Assembly (NCBI GenBank): GCA_012026655.1 | Contig: JAAILG010001907.1 | Span: 1-60,375, forward strand | Length of the DNA stretch: 60,375 nucleotides | Reading direction: 5' to 3' | Source: Hydrolagus affinis | Taxonomy: Eukaryota | In this document: one piece after another, positions 51,701-60,375 of the stretch | How positions within the stretch are numbered: position 1 is the first letter of the stretch | How the letters are laid out: every line of letters starts with the position of its first letter | The notes under the pieces: generated by a model | The model's input: only the letters and a program-made list of their open reading frames with translations | Database searches by the model: none | Told to the model about the DNA's origin: nothing | Position numbers and translations under genes: made by a program

Positions 51701-54011
51701 CAGAACTGGTTTGTCTCTTTAATTAAGTATAGGCACATGGTGAAGTAGCTTTCATCGAATGATCATACTTGTCAGTTTACAGTCAATTTCATATTTCAGA
51801 AATGAAGAGCGAGTGTCATCTAAAGTAATCTCTGTTGGTACTTTCACAAAATCGATAAGTGCTGTTGATACAAGCTAAAGTCCAGGTTATTGAACCCAGT
51901 CCCTAGCACATGTAACTAAAGTTATGCATTAAATTCACAATTTGAAAAGTACAAAAGTGGCATTAGATAGAGAAGCCAAACCCCATATTTTGTCAGCTGG
52001 ACTGCATTCACTTGATTATCTGAGATCGTGGGACAGGGCAGAGTGCATTACGGCTTTCTCGTAGGTGAAGACAATGCCCAGAATCAGTTAAAGCTCATTA
52101 CACTCATTATGAATTTGAACCTCCTGGACCTAGTAGAGACTGCACAGATGATGTTCAGGTTCTACTTAGCATGAAAAATGGGCCCTCCAACTCCCTCTTA
52201 AACACAAGGCTATACTGTATATATGTACAACACTGCAGTATTTACCGCTTTTAAAAAAACAAGAGAAGTAGTGATTAACTCAGGATTTCAGCTTCGGTTT
52301 ACAGGTTAATTCCATTTGCTCGGACTGTCAGGCTCAGTAACTATTGCAGCAAACTTTCTCAATCGGGTCAATTATACTGATCCAACTGTGGCGCCAGTGG
52401 AGATCAGCTAACACAGCACAAGTCAGGGATCGAAAGGGGGTCATTAACAATGATATGTCTTCTTGTAACTAGCGCAGGCTGACCATTCATCACAATAGGA
52501 TAAAGTTAAACTGCAAGATGATGACAAGAATGAAACAATTGTAAATTGTGCCTGAAGAAAATAACACCAATGATAATTGATTTTGGTACAAGACAGGAAA
52601 CAACACTGTAAAGAATATTACAGCCTTATTTCATTACTGTGATTCCATTATCAATTTCTCCAGCTCCATCCACTTAGACACGCTATGGTGACAAAAGTAT
52701 CTTCTTTAAAAGTATTAAATAGCAATATTGCAGAATACTGTTACTGCAATGCACTGTGAAACTTTGGTGTGGAGTTAAATGTCTTCAAGATTTTTTTCCA
52801 TCCATTGCCTTAATTAGCAGACTTTCCAATTTTCAATCTGGGGAATAAATACTGGGGTAAAATTTGCAGTATTTTGTGAAACACCAACCCTTACCCTCAT
52901 TAGAATTATGGATTTTACAAGTCAAACTAGAATAATAATAATACCTTTAATGTTTTAGGAACGTGGCCAATAGTGGAGATATTATGTTTTTCTTGCCAAC
53001 TCATAGATTAACACGTATTTAAGTGAGAATGTAGCCTGCAGTATTGTTCATATTCCAGTATTCTGTTCACAGTTTTTCTATGGGTCCTATCACATGATAG
53101 TTTGCAGACAAAGGAATGCACAAGACTGGGAAAGACCCTTCATATCTGCCTGATCAATCACTCAGTTTGATGCCATGTACAGCAGGAATGTCCCAGGTCA
53201 CGCGTCACTCTGTATTAACCTTGCTGAGAGCAGCTCAGTACATATGGTGCACCCTTTAAATAAGTCTCTTTCAATAAATTTACAAATAACAAAAAAAACA
53301 GACCCAAGCTAGAAAATAGACATGAACATACTTGAGCTCCACTATCAATGACAGGATCTAATTCTCTCAAATGAAATACAGCCTTGTCACTCGGGTGTTT
53401 AGAAATTCTTCATAAAATAAATGCTAAAGGTTTTATAGAACACTAGATTGCTTGCAGAAATAGGCTCCGAATGTCACAGTACCACCCACATAAGGCTGTT
53501 ATTCTTCACATTGATCGTCATCAACAGGAGTCATAGCCTTGCTTCTATGTCATGCCAACTGCTCAAGCTCCCAACTCATCCTTTTTCTTTGCTCTTGGCA
53601 ATTCTCTTCTCATTCTCTTCTTTCTTTATTGCTGTTTTGATATCCATTTTATCACACTGTAGAAATGTCCCAAAGCTCTTGTCAGTAATTTGCAGGTAGG
53701 TTTGGTAAACTGCAGGGAAACTGTGGGGTTAACTCATGAAAAGGGATCAAACCCAGAACTGAGCTGATCCATTGGGGTAGCTCTGGAGATTCAATATTGA
53801 AAAGAAAGACCTACTTCTACATCTGGAACTGAATCAAGGTTTTAATGTAATAAAGAGGCTCAGTTGACAACAACAACTTGCATCTTCGCCTACAAAATAT
53901 ACAGTCACTACACTTTCAGGTATATTCCATAGGGCGCTTTGAGAAGTTAGAAGTCTAGAAGATGTGATAAGGCTCTATATAAAATGCAGGCGTTATTATT
54001 ATTATGATTAT

Positions 54012-54330
54012 TATTATAGAGCTCTCATCACACGGGTAACATCTCAGAACGCTTAGAAGTGTGCAGTTTGACTCCAAGCAAGAAAGAGAGGAGAGGTGAC
54101 CAAAGGCATAGTTCAACAGGAAAGTTTTCAGAAACGGCCAAAGAAGAGTCAAGACAAAAAAAAGAGGCATGGAATTCCAAAGATTTGGGGCTTTGTGGCT
54201 GAAAGTATGGCTACAAATCATGGAATGGAGTGGAGGGGACAAGGACACGCAGAAGACCCAAGCCAGCTGAGTGGAGTGTGCGCAGATCAGAGTGGTATGG
54301 AGGTGCCATGACATCCTCAAACCAGGTAAA
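54012..54330 (-). mobile_element. L2 LINE 3' end, tail-to-tail with a SINE fragment
   Basis: Minus-strand FSHKAPNLWNSMP...FLKTFLLNYAF. Confidence 0.75.
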
Positions 54331-55699
54331 CTTCAAGTTCACAATTTAAAACATCACCTCAGTCGATTAAAAAAACCTTTCAGCTAATCCCCTAGTCCTA
54401 TTATTCTCTTCCGGTGCTTTAAATAAATACAGAAATGACAATGTTAATTAAAATCACCTTGCGAGCCACTAGAATCAAACTGAGAAACAGAAAGATAACA
54501 CATTCAGATATTATTGTACTGGAGTTGTCCAATCCATCTGCTTTCCTAATGACTGCTGCGATTAATTTCTCCCCAATCATGACATGAAACATGCTCACAC
54601 TGTAGCTCAGATGTAAACGTTTATTTTTATGAGTTCAACAACTACATTCAAAATTGAACTCATGGCATTTTTGTTATTCATCTCGTGAAGGTTTGGCTCA
54701 GAGGAAATATATGTTACACAGTGTAATCCTTGGAGTTTTGAAACACAATAACCTCTCAATTGTTTTCACCGAGAAGAAATGGAAATATGGTATTTGCACA
54801 AGCCTTTTACAGCTGCGCTGATAGGTGTATACTGTCAAGTGCAGCAAATTCTCAGAAGGCAACTTAATTAAGAGAGTAATGTGATTGAGTCTACTTATTG
54901 CTATTCGGACTAAGCAAGTGTAGTTGGTGTAAAAATAAAACAGATCAATCGTTGTGATTGGCCTCAAAACCTGATGTCAGCTTGTCTCCAGAATGCAATT
55001 AATTCTTAACAAATTGCTGTTCTAACTTGTTCAATAGATATCCTATTAATTAGGAAAAAAAAAGTGCAACCTCTTCCCATCACTTTTTAGCACCAGGTCA
55101 AGTGAAGTTTATTGAAAAGCCAAATCCATATGACAAATTCATTGTTAGTCCAAATTCAGTATTAGTCTGCTTTTTATACACATTTCTTTCCAAACTTCTG
55201 CCAAGAAATACTTTTAGTGTAGTGAATACTGGGCATACTGTCAGCTCTATTAGTCCACTGATTAAATCCCATGGTAATTACACACAGTTGGGCAAACGCC
55301 TGGATCTGCTACCTGCTTTTCTGCAAGCAGATGTATTGAACACCTGGCATGATCCATTTTATGGATATTTAATAATCTTAAAAACACTCCCAAATAAGTT
55401 CAGATAAGAAGACTGCATAATGTTAGCAAACGTTTAATGGAAAATGCTATTTGAAAATACAAAATCAAGGTATATTTTTTGCAAAACCCTTCATCAAAGT
55501 AGTTTGCATTGTCTCTTAGGTAAAATTGGTGTGGTAACCGGTCACTGTTATATTGTATGTATTATAATTAAAACATGTGAGATCCCGTAGGTGCGACAAG
55601 AGGAGCTTTTCAGGCTGAAAGCTTGCACTTGCTTTGTACGCGCTCTGTAATAACAGATCATTTTTAGGACATTTTTCTCCCTGGTCCTTCCTATTCACT

Positions 55700-56010
55700 G
55701 TCACACTAAGTGTGATTCATGGCCATTCATCACCTCCGAGTTTACACTGTGAGTGTCGACAGGCTATTTGTCTCTGGTGGGCGTTGTGGTAGAGCCTGAC
55801 ACGACCCTCACCCAACCTCCACATTTGGGATCTTTCCAGCAGGGGTCACTGAATAGTAAGCAGGTGTGAGAAATCTTGGTTGAGCTTTCCTCTTGCTCAT
55901 CCAAGGGCACTGAAGCCTAGTGAAGCATCTTTCGGTTGCTGCCCTGGCTGAGTACACAGATTGGGAGTCCAACCTGCAACCTTCTGGCCCATAATGGCTT
56001 TGGGCTGATT
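55700..56010 (-). mobile_element. Old tRNA SINE family, AmnSINE2-like (other copies about 21185-21445, 31607-31865, 35912-36255 on +; heads at about 13650, 53160 + and 52390 -)
   Basis: Copies share decayed blocks such as CAGTGACCCCTGCTGGAAAG, GTGAGG, AATAGCCTG..GACACTCAC and ATGGCCA. The family name is from memory only. Confidence 0.55.
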
Positions 56011-57294
56011 TTATCTTCTTTCCTGCCAAGGGAATCCCTCACAAAGTCAACTTGCAGGTGTAATATCTGAAGTTCCTCACACAGCTATTGTAAACTCATT
56101 TTACTCTACATGTGAAAGAAACGCAGCAGGTGAGAAAAGAAAGAAAAGTTTTGCCGTATTTATTTGAAGGAAATACGCTCTTCTGAGTCGAAACCAAGCT
56201 GATGAATAAATGCAGGGAGTGAGCTATTTGACTTATTGTCTTCACAGACAGGGAACAAAGGTTATTGACAACCATGCAAATAGCTAAATGGTACTAAAAT
56301 ACACATCTGCCACAAAACACCAAGATAGCTTTAACAGTGACAAGAGTACAAAAGATGGTATGCTTTAAGCATCATTTTCTTTAATATAAACTCATTTAAT
56401 TTTTGATTTGCCAACTATGGGTCACTGCCACTAAGAAAAACAGACAATGCAACAATTTCACAGCGCTCAATGAAAGGACTACAGTTTTCTAAATATACAT
56501 AATATAATAACAATCCTAGTGTTTGATAAGGTGGCTTATCACATCTTCAAGATATCTCAAAGCGTATCACAGAATATACTGTAAAGTGAATTGAATGCAT
56601 ATTTTGTGGGCGAAACATAGCAGACAATTAAACAGCATAGATTTATTTTACTTCTCATGTAGTGTCTAATGTTCTAGACTGGAATTGTTAATCACACCAG
56701 TCAGAGATAAAAAAAAAAAAATTCCAATTCTGGTATCCAAATCCTGAGGGATCTTTGAACTATCCATAAGATAATTGTAAAAAAAACCTGGAATTTTTTT
56801 TATTACTTCAGCACTCAAACGGTTAAGGTAGATCAAAGCTCTTCAGTTCAGGAAATTATTGATGATTCCAATTTATAAAACATTTAATGGGGAAATGAGT
56901 CTTGGCAGGACTAAAAAAAAAGCCGAACTATTGTATTTATGTGGCGGTAATGAGGGGAGCCAATCAAACTGAATTTTACAATTGAATTATAATTTGCAGA
57001 TATCACTTTTCTTTATTTTTCTGATAGGTTGTGGAGCTATTTTCCGAGGCATGCGGAGAATCACAAAATGGTTTTAATGAAAAAACACAGAATTAAAGTT
57101 CACATAAGGGTGATTTGCTTTCTCATTTTCACGATGGTCATAAAGTGAGCATCTGTGGTGCAGATATTAATACTGTGCAACATATTGCCCTTGAATATGG
57201 GGCTCATTGAATATATTATCTCTGTCAGTGAAACATACCACAATTGTTCCTTGAATTAAGAATTATATTAGTTTATGGAAAATGACAAGGCGGT

Positions 57295-57603
57295 GGAGTC
57301 TCCCAGCTGAGTCGTTAGAGCACTCGCCTTGCAAGCAAGCAAGAGACCTGGGTTTAATTCCAGGCAGGGTGAAAGCTTGGGCAAGCTTCCAAAACACCTG
57401 ATAATAACCCTCGAGGATAAGAAAACCCCAATAATAATTTGGTTACTGCAATCCACGACTGTTTGTGGGTCACCGCTGTGCGCAAATGTCCGCCGCGTTT
57501 CGTTGACAGTCAAAACACTTAACGTTATATTCTGTGAAGCGTTTTGAGATGTCTAGAAGATGTGAAAAGCGCTATATTAAATGCGAGGATTATTATTATT
57601 ATT
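57295..57603 (+). mobile_element. Full-length copy of the same tRNA SINE
   Basis: Colinear with 22667-23003 from GGAG head to (ATT)n tail. Confidence 0.88.
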
Positions 57604-58190
57604 AACATAATTTTGCATAAGGCAGGTGCTTTAATCACATGGCAGGAACGGTGATATATAGCTCATCTTTTTATTCTGTTGAGGTTAATTCACATCTGAT
57701 GCATCACAGTGTTGCGTTTTTAATCTCGTTTTTCAGCCTGTTACAAAAGTAGTATATTGTCTTGACAATCCATTAAAATAAAAGTGAGATTGTCTGCATC
57801 CCTATTCTTCCATAACTTGTAAAGTCAACTTCGGTAGAAATCGACGAGTCGATTTATCGGAAGCAGCTGTCAGGTGAGTAAAAGCGATGATGGTGTTCAC
57901 AAAACCAATCAAACGTACACAACTGTGTAAAACCCTGATTGCATGTAACTCATCGCACAAATCCACAGGGCACCAACACTTGAGATCAGCGCTTTGAGAA
58001 GGCGTGTGAACATTACAGCAACAATTCTCCCACCACCCATCCCTCCCCTCGCTCCCCCATCTTTTTGTTTTAAAAAAAACTTTTATTAAAACAGTTAAAC
58101 GCACCCGAGACATTTATCATTGTGATTATTAGACTGGACGAGAGTGATTTTCAATGCAACGAGACGGATTGTGTGCCTGGTTACTGCCCA

Positions 58191-58204
58191 CCAGCAGAGG
58201 GCAA
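58191..58204 (+). promoter_or_regulatory. Candidate CTCF site
   Basis: CCAGCAGAGGGCAA matches the core CCASYAGRKGGCRS at 13/14 positions; it lies in repeat-free sequence near the putative promoter. Confidence 0.45.
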
Positions 58205-58706
58205 CATTTCGTTTCTCATGCACAGTGATGCTGGCACTCCATCCCTTGTTAAAGTCGGTGTCACCTCACCGTTTGACTTTTATGTTGCGAAGAACGGTCA
58301 CTGCTCCTCCAGTAACAGTAAATCTCACACCAATTGCCTGTATCTACAGGTAATCTTTCACACGGCAAGAGGCAAACATATTTATATAAATATATACAGA
58401 TATATATAACAGGGAGGGAGGGGTGGGTGGGGGTGAAAGCAATTACTGATCCCCCTAACCTCACAAACGCAGCCAGGCAGAACAATTGCTTTCTAGTGGA
58501 TTAAGCGAGAAATACCGTAAAATAAACGCGTTCATATGAAGGAGACAACAAAACGCAAATAGTTGGAAGTGAAGTGCGCACAGAGCCAAGATCAGAGAGC
58601 TCATCATTCAACCCCGGAAACAGCGAGAGCGAGTGAGAGACAGAAAGATTTTTTTTTTCTATTTAAAAAAAAACAAGAATGAAAGGGTTTAAGATTGTAT
58701 ACTTAC

Positions 58707-58910
58707 TTCCGTTGCTGTGAGAAATCAGATGGGGGTGTTTTTTGTTTGGAGGGGGAGAATGAAGCAAACAGCGTCTCCTTGTCAGACCAGAGAAATCAGC
58801 ACATCTCCCTTTCTTTCTTTCATTCAGTCTTTTTTTTACATTCAACAAGTTCAGTGCGATCCGAAAAGCATACGTTTCCTTCTTTTTTAAAAAAAACAAT
58901 GATCCAATGA
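58707..58910 (-). other. Putative non-coding upstream exon; 3' boundary supported, 5' boundary uncertain
   Basis: Consensus donor GGAA|GTAAGTA on minus strand (GT at 58706-58705). It is preceded on that strand by a long CT tract (58920-58985) ending in CTCAAG, which may be an acceptor or a TSS region. Confidence 0.45.
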
Positions 58911-60359
58911 CTTGAGTGAAGGAGGGAGGGAGGGAGGAAGGAAGGAGCGGGAGGTGGGAGGGAGGGAGGGAGAGAGAGAGAGAAATGATGCTTTTCTTTT
59001 TTCTAAAAAAAAGTTGATATTTCCAACAGCTTGATTTGCTGACAGCGAACCCAGTTTTGTTGTTTCTTTTGAAAAAAAATAGGAAGCAAATCAAACCTTT
59101 CCCAAAAATAATATATATATGTATATATATATTAGAGAGAGGGAGAGAGTGATGCCCCGTGATTCAATCTCAACGGCTTAATAAAGACTCTCTCTCTCTC
59201 TCTATGAAGACGGGCGAAAGGGAACTTGCGTTGGGTTTTTCGTGTCGGGAGAAATTTTCTGCTCGATGTTGACGAATCCTGAGACAGAAAACTGAGTGAT
59301 GGCTTTGACAGTTTGGGTCAGCGAAACCCCGAAAAAAGAAACGGGAGCGAAAGAGGGAGTAAGAGAGAGAGAGAGAGAGGGGTGGGTAGGTGGTGGTGGT
59401 GGTGGGGGGGGGAATAGAGAGATAAGGGAGGGGAATAGAGCGCCTCCTCTCCCCACCCCCACCCCCCACTCCAAGAAAAAAGACACCAGCTATGTACAGT
59501 TATTGACTGATGATGGGAGCGTTTCTTTTTAACCCTCTTTGCAGCAGATTTTCGTCCACGCCCGGCACTAACCAATCTGTCGCCTCCACTTTAAAGTTGT
59601 TTCTGAGCACCGCTCGAGAGCTGCCTCCCGGCCTCTGGATCCAAATGCAAACGCAATAATCTTGATGCCACTAATGCAGATTTCATTTTTTTCCCCCTCT
59701 CTCTCCCCCCTCCTCCCCTCTTTCTCCTCCTCCTCCTCTCTTGAGAAGCTTCGGGTGGGTTGGAAGTAAAAAGCGAGAGCCCAGGACAGAGAACGGACAG
59801 GTCAATTAACACAGGTCGATCCACAGTTGCATCCTATCAGGCGTTTTTTTTTCTTTCTTTCTCTTCTCCTGTGATGTATGGAAGGCTTTGCTCAAGTCTG
59901 CTCTGTACAGGGCAGAAAGCAGTGATGAGGTGACAGGCGCTTGAACGATGCAACTCGTCCAGTCAGTCCATCGGATGAAATGTATGATTTTTCCCGGATT
60001 GAAATCACTTTAGAATATCCCTCCTTTCATTTGCTGGTAGTAGATGTGCGGCAGGAAATATATATATATATATATAGGTATGCATTCAAAATAGAACAAG
60101 AAGCATAAATAGAGACAGCAACTCGGAAACTGAGGAAGCCCGGATTAGTGCTGGAGCATTGAAGAGCTTCGCAGACAGACAGAGAGATAGAAAAAAGAAA
60201 AAAAAATCCTCCAAATGCGAGCAAATATAAGGAGTGGAAAGCTCTACCTGTGAACACCAGACTTCCCCGCGGTCCTAACACCCGTCTGTTCTTCAGTCGA
60301 TGCGTTTTGATTTATTGTAAATCAGTTCAGTTCACCGGTCCTCACAGCAAACAGGTTAA

Positions 60360-60375
60360 AACACACACACACACA
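60360..60375. repeat. (AC)n microsatellite at window edge; a short (TG)n also lies at about 50334-50350
   Basis: Directly visible. Confidence 0.9.

Larger units (their letters stand above)
58400..60375 (-). promoter_or_regulatory. Putative promoter / CpG-enriched region of the netrin-G gene
   Basis: Visibly higher CpG density than the rest of the window, GA/CT and G/C homopolymer tracts, and no interspersed repeats. Lies upstream of the coding exon in the gene's orientation. Confidence 0.55.

Noticed and set aside
1-60375. CRISPR array, prokaryotic operon or novel multi-gene system
   Set aside because: No regularly spaced repeats and no gene-dense region; all convincing ORFs are netrin-G or retroelement remnants.

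Overview
Vertebrate genomic DNA. The repeat complement suggests a cartilaginous fish, probably a chimaera such as Callorhinchus; this is inference. The window holds the 5' end of a netrin-G gene (NTNG1-like) on the minus strand. It has a CpG/GA-rich putative promoter and non-coding first-exon region at about 58.4-60.4 kb, with a strong splice donor at 58706. A 701-nt exon (40073-40773) carries 458 nt of 5'UTR with four uORFs and the first 81 codons, ending in a phase-0 GTAAGT donor. The remaining 40 kb is intron, with no further recognisable exon. The introns are rich in retroposons: a ~3.2 kb degenerate CR1 LINE crossing a 100-N gap, many CR1 and L2 3' fragments, and a nested L2/L2-tail/Penelope/CR1 cluster whose Penelope part keeps an intact minimal hammerhead-ribozyme motif. 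There are at least four tRNA-SINE lineages (a young DeuSINE-type family, plus old AmnSINE1/SacSINE1-like, AmnSINE2-like and LF-SINE-like copies) and a complete TA-flanked Tigger/pogo-like MITE just downstream of the coding exon. No prokaryotic features or CRISPR arrays are present, and I cannot support a wholly new protein-coding system. Repeat family names come from recalled consensus motifs, not a database search, and many repeat boundaries are approximate.
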